From an uncultured delta proteobacterium (GTDB lineage Bacteria; Desulfobacterota; Desulfobacteria; Desulfobacterales; JAFDCJ01): DNA of 64,000 nt. The first letter of the stretch is position 1, and each line of letters opens with the position of its first letter. The stretch covers positions 192,001-256,000 of the forward strand of contig CAVYNY010000010.1 of the NCBI GenBank assembly GCA_963769935.1, read 5' to 3'. The notes under the pieces are model-generated. The model saw only the letters and a list, made by a program, of their open reading frames with translations, made no database searches and was not told the origin of the DNA. Shown one piece after another: positions 1 through 9,017 of the stretch. A program made the position numbers and the translations under genes.

Positions 1-200
1 AAAAGCCGGGGTGTTTATCCATACCGACGAGCTTGGGGATTGTGTTAACCGGGTCTATCCTATTAATTTGTAAATTAAGATATTGCAGCCAATTTTTATT
101 TGGTTTATAGCCAGAGCGAAGCTCTGAATATTCATTTCTAATGTTAACCCTGACAAATTCTTTTAATTTTAAAACGCCAAAAAAGTAAGGGAAATACGCG

Positions 201-1875
201 ATGAGCAAAAGAAGCGATCTAATGACCAAAGGCCCGGAACGGGCGCCCCATCGTTCGCTGCTGCGCGCCGAAGGATTCACCGACTGGGAAATGGAGCGGC
301 CGATGATCGGCATCGCCAATTCCTTTAACGAAATCATCCCGGGGCACATGCACCTCGACAAGCTGGTGGATGCCGTCAAAGCCGGTATTTATGCCGCCGG
401 CGGAACGCCGGTGGTATTCAACACCATCGGCGTGTGCGACGGCATTGCCATGAACCATGTGGGCATGAAATATTCGCTGCCCAGCCGGGAATTGATTGCC
501 GACTCACTGGAAATCATGGCGACCGCCCATCCGTTTGACGGTCTGGTTTTAATGTCCTCCTGCGACAAGATCATCCCGGGCATGCTGATTGCAGCGGCCC
601 GGTTGAACATTCCCTCCATTTTTCTTATCCGGCGGCCCCATGCTGCCGGGAAAGGTTCAGGGCAAGGACACCGGTCTGGACAAAGTCTTTGAGGCGGTCG
701 GCCGCTTTAAAAGCGGCAAGATATCCGAACAGGAATTAACCGAATTTGAATGTAAGGCCTGTCCGGGGGCCGGTTCCTGTTCGGGGATGTTCACGGCCAA
801 CACCATGAGCAATCTGGCGGAAGCACTGGGCATGGCGCTGCCGTTTAACGGCAGCGCGCCGGCGGTGTTCGCCGAAAGGGTCTGGCTGGCCAAACAAACC
901 GGCTACAAAGCGGTCGAGCTGGTGAAAGCCGGAATTAAACCCAGGGATATCATGACCAAAGAGGCTTTTTACAATACCATTGCGGCCGACATGGCCCTGG
1001 GCGGTTCCACCAACACGGCCCTGCACATCCCGGCCATCGCCTACTATACCGAAATCGATATGACCCTTAAAGATTTTGGAAAAGTCTCCAAAAAAATCCC
1101 CCACTTGACTTCCATTGCGCCGGCCGGTCCCCATCATGTGGTGGACTTTTTTTATGCCGGCGGCATTCCGGCCATTATGGCGGAACTGAAACGATCCGGA
1201 TTGATTGATGAAAAAACCCTGACGGTTTACGGCAAACCGCTGGGCGAGATGCTGGTCGAGATCCAGGCCGGCATTAAGGATCCGGCGGTCATTCGTTCGA
1301 CCGAAAAACCGGTCCATCCCACCGGCGGTCTGGCCGTCTTAACCGGCAACCTGGCGCCGGACGGCGCCATTGTCAAACAGGCCGCCGTGGCCGATGAAAT
1401 GCTCAAGCATTCCGGCCCGGCCCGTGTTTTCAGCTCCGAAGAAGAGGCCTTTCAAGCCATCATGGACGCCAAGATCAAAAAGGGTGAAGTGATCGTCGTC
1501 CGCTACGAAGGCCCCCGGGGCGGACCCGGCATGCAGGAAATGCTCTCGCCCACCGCCGCCCTGGCCGGCATGGGAATGGACCGGGAGGTGGCGCTGATTA
1601 CCGACGGGCGCTTTTCAGGCGCCAGCCGCGGATCCGCCATCGGCCATGTCTCGCCGGAAGCCGCCGCCAAAGGCCCCATCGCCGCCATCAAAGATGGCGA
1701 CATCATCGACATCGACATCCCCAACAACAAGCTGGACGTGCGGCTGTCGGAAGATGAGATTCAAAAAAGGCTGGCCGCCCTGCCCGAATTTGAGCCTAAA
1801 ATAAAGAGCGGCTACCTGGCCCGATACGCGACCATGGTGTCCAGTGCGGACAAGGGGGCGGTGTTTCCGAGATAG
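201..1875 (+). CDS. ilvD: Dihydroxy-acid dehydratase, split by a 1-bp frameshift in the T5 run at 619-623
   Basis: ORF 201-692 has [14 protein letters not shown] and [11 protein letters not shown] 640-1875 has [23 protein letters not shown] and TDGRFSG. Removing one T restores [11 protein letters not shown]. Confidence 0.93.
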
Positions 1876-1992
1876 ATGGGATGCCGGGCACTGATTACTT
1901 GTCACGGGTCTCTGGTTACCGGCTGTATTTGGTTGCCAATTATGAAACGGAACCCACACTATCAAAACCGCACGCAAAACGATTGCTAATCG

Positions 1993-2118
1993 GATGCCGG
2001 TGCCGCCGGCTTTCAGGCTGCCGACATATACGCGGCAGTCGGGCGCCTCGTTGAAACACTCAATAAGGCTTCCCCAATTCCGGCTTTTGCCCGTCAGACA
2101 GACACAGCCCACTTTCAG
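1993..2118. repeat. 126-bp direct copy of an internal segment of the SNF2 helicase gene (other copy 18948-19073)
   Basis: Base-by-base comparison gives 125/126 identity, with the single mismatch A2076 vs G19031. Confidence 0.97.
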
Positions 2119-2147
2119 TCGCCGGCGAGCCCCCCGGCGAAAAAAGG

Positions 2148-2176
2148 TTGACATCCATCGGGCAATGGAATAGGTG
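2148..2176 (+). promoter_or_regulatory. Candidate sigma70 promoter for gntR, with AT-rich palindromes just downstream (about 2180-2200)
   Basis: Perfect TTGACA at 2148-2153, a 17-bp spacer and a weak -10 (TAGGTG). ATTATTAATAAT palindrome follows. Confidence 0.35.
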
Positions 2177-2308
2177 AGATTATTAATAATCTTGTTAATA
2201 AAAATTGCCATCCTTCGCATGTTATCCTTTTGCATGCCGCACGCAATGAATGTATGGTCATCGAGCCTTTAATCGGTGTTTGACTGAACTGCAAGGATAA
2301 TCCTATCG

Positions 2309-2965
2309 ATGCCTGCTTCCAAGCATCACGACTTTGAAATGATCCTGGATAAAATTGAAGGCGACATCCTTTCGGGACGCTTGATGCCTGAACAACGGCT
2401 CATCGAGAGCGAACTCATGCAGCGCTATCGAGTGACCCGCGGCACCATTCGCAAGGTCATCAAAGAGCTGGACTTCAAACAGCTTGTCAAGCATCACTCA
2501 AACCGCGGCGCGGTGGTCGCCAATCCCTCCAAAAAAGAGATGGAGGATATTTTTCGGGCGCGCGCAGTGCTCGAGGCTTCCGCCGTCGAAGGTGTCATCC
2601 GAAATATTGACGCAGACGCCCTGCGTCGATCCGCGGCATATGCCCAGGCTTTTGAAGAGGCCTTTAAAGAGCATAATCTGAGAGCCATGATCGCCTGCAA
2701 CCGGCTGTTTCATCAAACCATTTTCGACACGTGCGGCAATGGTACCATTGCCGAGTTGATCGATCAACTCAGAAAAAGGTCCCACATATGGCAGCACTAT
2801 ATCGTCGGCTATCCGCAGAGGATGAAGGCAACTTTTGCACAGCACAACGAGATTCTGTCCTGCATTGAAAACAGGGATGCCGCTCAGCTGAAGCAGATTA
2901 ATGAGGAACATTTAATGGAAGGCTACAACAGTTTCATGGAAGACTTGCGGCGCTCACAGGAATAG
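2309..2965 (+). CDS. GntR-family transcriptional regulator (wHTH + FCD domain)
   Basis: N-terminal LMPEQRLIESELMQRYRVTRGTIRKVI HTH and an FCD-type C-terminus with NRLFHQTI. Confidence 0.9.
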   Translation: MPASKHHDFEMILDKIEGDILSGRLMPEQRLIESELMQRYRVTRGTIRKVIKELDFKQLVKHHSNRGAVVANPSKKEMEDIFRARAVLEASAVEGVIRNIDADALRRSAAYAQAFEEAFKEHNLRAMIACNRLFHQTIFDTCGNGTIAELIDQLRKRSHIWQHYIVGYPQRMKATFAQHNEILSCIENRDAAQLKQINEEHLMEGYNSFMEDLRRSQE

Positions 2966-3058
2966 CCCGGTCGAAAGGGGGTCGTCGGCAAATCGGTGCA
3001 GGGAAAAAATCACTGTAACGGAAGTGCTTCCAATAATTTAAACGAGGAGGAATTTGTA

Positions 3059-3953
3059 ATGAAACAAAAATTTATACCGATGGCATTATGTATGGCACTG
3101 CTCGCTCTGCCTTTTTCCACTGCCGGAGCAGCTTCGGCACCCAAACACAAGGAGGTAAAGCTTACCCTGTATACTATGTCCTCCGGGGGTATTGTTTATA
3201 CCTTGGGATTTGCCTTGGCTGAATTGATAAATAAAAATTCTGAATGGCTCAGATGCAACGCCGTTGAAACCGCCAGCACGTTTGAAAATTTGAATTATAT
3301 CGTTGGTCATGCCGACAAAAAGGATACCTACATCGGATCGGCGGTGACCATCGGGGTCGACCAGCTGGCAATGGGCATGAAACCCTATGACAAATTGGGT
3401 CCTTGGAAGAAAACCAAATGGCTCAGCCTGATGGCCAACATCGGCTCCCCTCAGATCACGCTGGATCCCAATATCAAAACCTGGCACGATCTGGACGGCA
3501 AAACCTATGGGGTTGGATACCATGGGATCGACCAATCAGTTCATGCAGGAATGGCTCATGGACTATGCCTGGAAGGATAAGGACAAGATCAGACTCGTCT
3601 ATGGCAACTCAGCCAATATGGCCGTTGACCGTCTGCTGGACGGCACCATTGACGTTACCTGGACCGGAGCGGTAATGACCGGCGCCGGGGAATACAAGGA
3701 CTGGAAACCCATGCCGCCCTTTGAAAGGCTCCTGGCCGCCAGACCGGTGTATATCATGGAGCTGGATGAAAAAGATATCGCCATCGCCAGAGAAAAGACC
3801 GGAGCGGAGTCCTTGTCCCTGATCGGGGGCAAGGCCCAGACCATCGGCAAATCAAATATTCCCCAATGGAAGGGGCTGCGGAACTCCCTCGGCTGGCTGG
3901 TGCAGGAGGATATGGACGATGAGATCGTCACGGAAATGATTCGGATTATCTAG
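3059..3953 (+). pseudogene. TAXI-family TRAP solute receptor, frameshifted at the G4 run 3509-3512 and apparently 3'-truncated
   Basis: RBS GAGGAGG, signal peptide and TAXI-like segments (SSGGIVYTLGFALAELIN, IKTWHDLDGK, DMDDEIVTEMIRII). Stops at 3953 earlier than typical TAXI proteins, and no permease follows. Confidence 0.7.
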
Positions 3954-3987
3954 AACTTTCACTTCCAAAGACCAACCCTGCACGGGT

Positions 3988-5442
3988 CTATCTGATAGCG
4001 GAGGCCGAAAGCGCCTCGCTGCGAATCTTTGGCGGGGCGCTGTCCAGCCAGGCGCCGGAGAAGCCGGCGCGGCGAAGTCCGATTTTGATGTGCTCGTTTC
4101 GCTTCATCAGGCTCCAAACCATGCCGGTTCGATAATTTTCGATCATCAACAATATCGGCCCCTGGTCAATGGCCAGGTAGTTATTGGCGAACCAGCCTTG
4201 TGAGCTTGACGACGCATTGCGATAGGAAAGATTAAAGGCATCCTTGAAGCCGTATTTTCCATAAGTTCGATCGCCGAGGCCTTCATAAATATTTTCCAGG
4301 GTCGGGACGGCTATCTCAGGAGCGAACGCTATGGAGCCGCCGGCAGCAGTGGGAGCAATGGTCCCGTCGTCGCGAATATAGTCGGTACTGCAGCCGCGCG
4401 CCCAGTAACTGTGGAAATTCCCCTTTTGCTTCCGCCCTTTAATGGGTCCGTCCGAGGCCGTCAGCCCCCACAACAGATCGCTGTACCCGCGCCATTTTTT
4501 GGGATTGTCGATGCAGTAGGCACGGTTGGCGTACGTAGCCCGCCGGGAATTTATAAAATAGTTGATCCCTTTTGAGCGCATATACTTGTCTTGAATAGTT
4601 CGAAAGTCGATCCATAAATGCGAATATTGATGTCCGAAGAGCGGTCCGAAATTCACATGCGAGTAACCGTAAAAGCTGTCCCATTCATAGGTGGACGTCC
4701 ATTTGTCCCATGCACCCTGATCAATTGCATGCGTCGGCGAAGCCAAGGCCAGAATATAGAGGATCATGGCCTCGTTGTATCCGCTCCAGGAATAAGGGAT
4801 AAATCCGCTTTCCGGAAGCCAGCCCATGCTAAGCAATGGTTTACGTAGCCGGGAATAGGCCCAGCGCCAATCGACTCTGCGATAGAGGGCCTCTGCGTAA
4901 TCTCGAATTTTGCACTCTGCCACCGTGTCTTTGTCAAAATAGGTTTCTGAAGAAAGTATGCCGGCCATCAGCAGCGCGGTGTCAATAGTCGAGAGTTCGA
5001 CAGCGGCCCAACGGTCGCCGCCGGCCGTACTTAGGAAATGGTAGAAAAAGCCTTTGTATCCCGCTACCTTTTTCCGTTCGGGGCCTTGCGGTGCCCGCCA
5101 CAAGAAATTCAAGGTGGTCAGCGTTCGGTCAGCGGCCTGGGACCGCGTGATGTAGCCACGCTCGACTCCAACCAGGTAGGCCGTCAGCGCAAACCCCACG
5201 CCCGCAACGCTTGAGATTTCAGCATCCGGAAAGCGGTCCGGCGTGAGTCCGTTTTCTGCGTTGGTCGCTTCCCAGAAAAAGTTAAAGGTGTCGTGCTGTA
5301 CGGTTTCCAAAAACGATTGCTGTTTTACAGAAATCTTCGATTTTCGGATTTCCGGCGGCGCAGCAAAACCGGCTAACGCCAGGCCGAAAAGCAACAGAAA
5401 CAATGACAGCAGAAAAACACAGGCCGCAAGGTTCCGAATCAT
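3988..5442 (-). CDS. Secreted glucoamylase-like family protein, GH144-like endo-beta-1,2-glucanase
   Basis: Motifs ELSTIDTALL, WSGYNEAMILY, FGPLFGHQYSHLWIDFR and YLAIDQGPILLMIENYRTG. Signal peptide from the ATG at 5442. Confidence 0.85.
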   Translation of the reverse strand: MIRNLAACVFLLSLFLLLFGLALAGFAAPPEIRKSKISVKQQSFLETVQHDTFNFFWEATNAENGLTPDRFPDAEISSVAGVGFALTAYLVGVERGYITRSQAADRTLTTLNFLWRAPQGPERKKVAGYKGFFYHFLSTAGGDRWAAVELSTIDTALLMAGILSSETYFDKDTVAECKIRDYAEALYRRVDWRWAYSRLRKPLLSMGWLPESGFIPYSWSGYNEAMILYILALASPTHAIDQGAWDKWTSTYEWDSFYGYSHVNFGPLFGHQYSHLWIDFRTIQDKYMRSKGINYFINSRRATYANRAYCIDNPKKWRGYSDLLWGLTASDGPIKGRKQKGNFHSYWARGCSTDYIRDDGTIAPTAAGGSIAFAPEIAVPTLENIYEGLGDRTYGKYGFKDAFNLSYRNASSSSQGWFANNYLAIDQGPILLMIENYRTGMVWSLMKRNEHIKIGLRRAGFSGAWLDSAPPKIRSEALSASAIR

Positions 5443-5932
5443 ATCCTTTTTAAACAAAGTAGACAAAAGCTCCTTTTTATTAATCTTTAAGTGTTGTAAA
5501 GATGACACTTGCGCGTCAAGGATGAATTCCATTCCAGTGCTGCCGGGGAATGGGTCGGCGGCGCCGCCGGCTGACGCCGTCGGGCACAGCTCGAAGCCAT
5601 CCGCACGCGCACGGTTTCAAGAAAACTAATCCGGGACGGCGCTCGTTCGGATGACGAGCTGCCCGGCACCCTGGAAAGCAAACCTGTACACGTTCCATTT
5701 TTTGTGATATAAATACGATCGCACATCCTAGTTCACTTCGGTAAAAATCCAGATATTTAGATCGAATCACGAGCAGTTTAAAGCTTGGGCAAGACTATAG
5801 GGGCGGAACCGGCGCCCCCGGATTCAGGCTAAAGTGGAAAACGCCATGTTGCGCTGCTGCGGAACCTTTGCGCCGAGAAGCGGGTTTGGTTTTTAATTGC
5901 AGCTTTAGCCTGCCGACACTGTAAAACATGCA

Positions 5933-7321
5933 ATGTTTATGCCATCGATTTCCCATACTCATGGAGGCCTCGCACAAACAGATTTTCGTTCCCTCTGCCG
6001 AGGGGCAGGGGGCAAAGAAGCCTGGAAATCGCGCGTCCTTCCGAACACGGGTCGATTGTTCCGCGCCTGGATTGCGGGGCTGGTCGGCGTCATGCTCTTG
6101 CTTGCCGGATGCGAGGGCGCCGGCCAGGAACACACGATTACCTTCTGGGCCATGGGGCGCGAAGGCGAAACCGTCCGCCAACTGATTACAGGCTTCGAGA
6201 GCGAGCACCCGGGGATGCGGGTCGATTTGCAAACGCTGCCATGGACGGGCGCGCACCAAAAACTGCTGACCGCATTCGCCGGCGGTTCCACGCCGGATCT
6301 GTGCCAGCTCGGCAACACCTGGATCCCCGAATTGACGACGCTCAACGCCCTGACGCCGCTCGGGACGATGATCGAGACCTCCCGCGTCGTCAAGCCGGAA
6401 GACTACTTCCCGGGGATCTGGAACACCAACCGTGTCGACGGCAGGATTTACGGCGTACCGTGGTACGTCGATACGCGATTGCTTTTCTATCGGCGCGATC
6501 TGCTGGCCAAGGCCGGCTTCGACCGACCGCCGCACGACTGGTCCGAGTGGATGAGCCAATTGGCGGCGATCAAAGCCATGGTCGGGCCGCGGCGCTTTGC
6601 GGTGTTGCTGCCGCTAAACGAATTTGAGCAACTGCTGTGCCTGGGCTTGCAGCAGCCCGCGCCCCTGCTGCGCGCTGGCGACCGCTACGGCAACTTCGAG
6701 AGCTCCGGCTTCAAGAATGCGCTGCGCTTCTATGTGAACATGTTTCGCAACGGCTGGGCGCCGCTGGAGACGGCCAATCAAATCGCCAACGTGTGGACCG
6801 AATTTGCACGCGGCTACTACAGCTTTTACATCTCCGGTCCGTGGAACATCGCCGAGTTCAAGGCGCGCATGCCGGCCGGCCTTAAGGATGCTTGGACGAC
6901 CGCCCCGCTGCCGGGACCGAACGGACCCGGAGTTTCTTTTGCGGGAGGTTCCAGCCTGGTGATCTTCAAGGCCTCGTCCCATAAGCGCGCCGCCTGGCAA
7001 TTGATCGAGTATCTCTCCAGACCGGATGTGCAGCGCCGATTCTATCGCCTTGTCGGCGACATGCCGCCGCGGCGCAGCACTTGGGACGAATTCAATCTGG
7101 CCGAAGATCCTTATGCCCGCGCCTTCCGCGATCAGCTTGAACGCGTCAAGCCGACGCCGAATGTACCGGAATGGGAACGCATCGCCACCCAGCTGCGTCT
7201 GGTGGGCGAACGGTTGGCCCACGGCCGGCTGACCGTCGATCAAGCAGCTGAGGAGCTTGACCGCCGCACCGACGAAATCCTGGCGAAGCGCCGCTGGATA
7301 CTTGCGCAGGGAGCCCGATGA
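5933..7321 (+). CDS. Sugar ABC transporter substrate-binding lipoprotein (start uncertain)
   Basis: Lipobox LLLAGC and CUT1 SBP motifs FWAMGREGE, YGVPWYVDTRLLFYRRDLL and FAGGSSLVIF. Confidence 0.92.
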   Translation: MFMPSISHTHGGLAQTDFRSLCRGAGGKEAWKSRVLPNTGRLFRAWIAGLVGVMLLLAGCEGAGQEHTITFWAMGREGETVRQLITGFESEHPGMRVDLQTLPWTGAHQKLLTAFAGGSTPDLCQLGNTWIPELTTLNALTPLGTMIETSRVVKPEDYFPGIWNTNRVDGRIYGVPWYVDTRLLFYRRDLLAKAGFDRPPHDWSEWMSQLAAIKAMVGPRRFAVLLPLNEFEQLLCLGLQQPAPLLRAGDRYGNFESSGFKNALRFYVNMFRNGWAPLETANQIANVWTEFARGYYSFYISGPWNIAEFKARMPAGLKDAWTTAPLPGPNGPGVSFAGGSSLVIFKASSHKRAAWQLIEYLSRPDVQRRFYRLVGDMPPRRSTWDEFNLAEDPYARAFRDQLERVKPTPNVPEWERIATQLRLVGERLAHGRLTVDQAAEELDRRTDEILAKRRWILAQGAR

Positions 7322-8199
7322 TGAACAAGCAGTATGCCGCCTGGCTCTTTGTTGCGCCGGCCCTGATCGTCATCTTTGTGTTTTTCGTGGCACCCGTGGC
7401 GGCCGGCTTTGGCCTGAGCCTGACCGACTTCGACCTGTATGCGCTGGCCGATATCAGGAATCTGCGCTTCGTGGGTTTGAGCAACTACTTTCAGCTGCTG
7501 CAGCGGCCCTTGTTCTGGGCCGCGCTGGGGCACACGCTCTACTTCGTCGGCGGCGGCGTGCCCATGTCGATCGTCGCATCTCTGGGCGCGGCCCTGCTGC
7601 TCAATTCGAAGCTGGCGACCTTCAAACCGTTTTTCCGAACTGCGCTGTTTGCGCCGGTGGTGGCAACCGTGGTGGCCGTGGCGGTGATCTGGCGCTACTT
7701 GTTCCAGACCCGCTATGGACTTGTGAACTATGCACTGGGCGCAATCGGCATCAGTCCTGTCGACTGGCTGGGAGATCCGCACTGGGCCATGCCGACGATT
7801 ATCCTTTTTGCCGTCTGGAAAAACTTCGGCTACAACATGATCATTTTTCTCGCCGGACTGCAGTCAATCCCCGAAGATCTCTATGAGGCGGCAAGCATCG
7901 ACGGCGCGACCGCGTGGCAGCGGTTCTGGCACATCACGCTGCCGATGCTGGGACCGACGCTGTTGATGGTCGGTATTCTTACCATGGCCGGTTATTTCCA
8001 GCTGTTCGCAGAACCCTATGTGATCACCCAGGGCGGACCACTGCAGAGTACCGTCAGCGTGCTGTATCTGATGTATGAAGACGCCTTCAAGTGGTGGAAC
8101 CTGGGGACGGCATCGGCGGTGGCCTTTCTGCTGTTCCTGCTGATGTTCACGACAACCGCCGCCCTGATGCGCCTAGCGCGCCGAGCAGGCTACGCATGA
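7318..8199 (+). CDS. Carbohydrate ABC transporter permease (MalF/UgpA-like)
   Basis: EAA motif LQSIPEDLYEAASIDGA, multiple TM segments, ATGA overlap with the SBP gene. Confidence 0.93.
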   Translation: MMNKQYAAWLFVAPALIVIFVFFVAPVAAGFGLSLTDFDLYALADIRNLRFVGLSNYFQLLQRPLFWAALGHTLYFVGGGVPMSIVASLGAALLLNSKLATFKPFFRTALFAPVVATVVAVAVIWRYLFQTRYGLVNYALGAIGISPVDWLGDPHWAMPTIILFAVWKNFGYNMIIFLAGLQSIPEDLYEAASIDGATAWQRFWHITLPMLGPTLLMVGILTMAGYFQLFAEPYVITQGGPLQSTVSVLYLMYEDAFKWWNLGTASAVAFLLFLLMFTTTAALMRLARRAGYA

Positions 8200-9017
8200 A
8201 CCCCCGTCTTGCAAAAGCTTTGATCAACGGCCTCCTGATCGGCTTCACCGCCGTGTCGCTTCTGCCGCTGCTTTGGATGCTGTCGGTCTCGTTCATGCCG
8301 CCGGGCGCCGCCGCCAACCTCCCGCCGCCGCTGCTGCCGTCGCCCGCGACGGTCGGGAATTATCGCCGGCTGTTCGCCTATGCCGGCATGGGGCGTTACT
8401 TGTTCAACAGCTTCGCTGTCGCCACCGGCGTCACGCTCATTTCCCTGGCCTTCAACTTGACGGCCGGTTATGCTTTTGCCAAGCTGCGCTTCGCCGGCCG
8501 CGAGCGCCTCTTTCAGGCGTTGATCGGCGCGCTGGTGATTCCGTCCCAGGTGGCAATGATGCCTCTGTTCCTGATGCTCAAACAAATGGGTCTTGTCAAC
8601 ACCTATGCCGGCGTGATGGTTCCCATGCTGGCCAGCGTGTTCGGAATCTTTTTGGTGCGCCAATTCGCACTCAGCATACCGGATGCAATGCTGGAGGCGG
8701 CGCGCATCGACGGCGCCGGCGAGCTGCGCATTTTCTCCCAGATTGTAATGCCGCTGCTCAAACCCATCGTCGTGACGCTGGCGATCTTCACCTTTATGGC
8801 TAGTTGGAACGACTTTATGTGGCCGCTGATCGTTCTGACCGGACAGCAGCACTATACGCTGCCCGTTGCCCTGGCGGCACTGGCGCGCGAACACGCCCAG
8901 GACACCGAGCTGATGATGGCCGGTTCAGTGGTGACTATATTGCCGGTGCTGCTGCTGTTCCTGGCTCTGCAGCGCTATTACATCCAGGGAATGCTGCTGG
9001 GAAGCGTGAAGGGTTGA
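8196..9017 (+). CDS. Carbohydrate ABC transporter permease (MalG/UgpE-like)
   Basis: EAA motif IPDAMLEAARIDGA and WNDFMWPLI. ATG at 8196 overlaps the upstream stop. Confidence 0.93.
   Translation: MNPRLAKALINGLLIGFTAVSLLPLLWMLSVSFMPPGAAANLPPPLLPSPATVGNYRRLFAYAGMGRYLFNSFAVATGVTLISLAFNLTAGYAFAKLRFAGRERLFQALIGALVIPSQVAMMPLFLMLKQMGLVNTYAGVMVPMLASVFGIFLVRQFALSIPDAMLEAARIDGAGELRIFSQIVMPLLKPIVVTLAIFTFMASWNDFMWPLIVLTGQQHYTLPVALAALAREHAQDTELMMAGSVVTILPVLLLFLALQRYYIQGMLLGSVKG

Noticed and set aside
2..73. Possible 3' end of an upstream gene (KAGVFIHTDELGDCVNRVYPINL*)
   Set aside because: Too short to support or identify.
1615..2235. 206-aa minus-strand ORF containing helicase sequence
   Set aside because: The helicase match comes only from the 126-bp copy. 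The rest is antisense to ilvD or promoter sequence.
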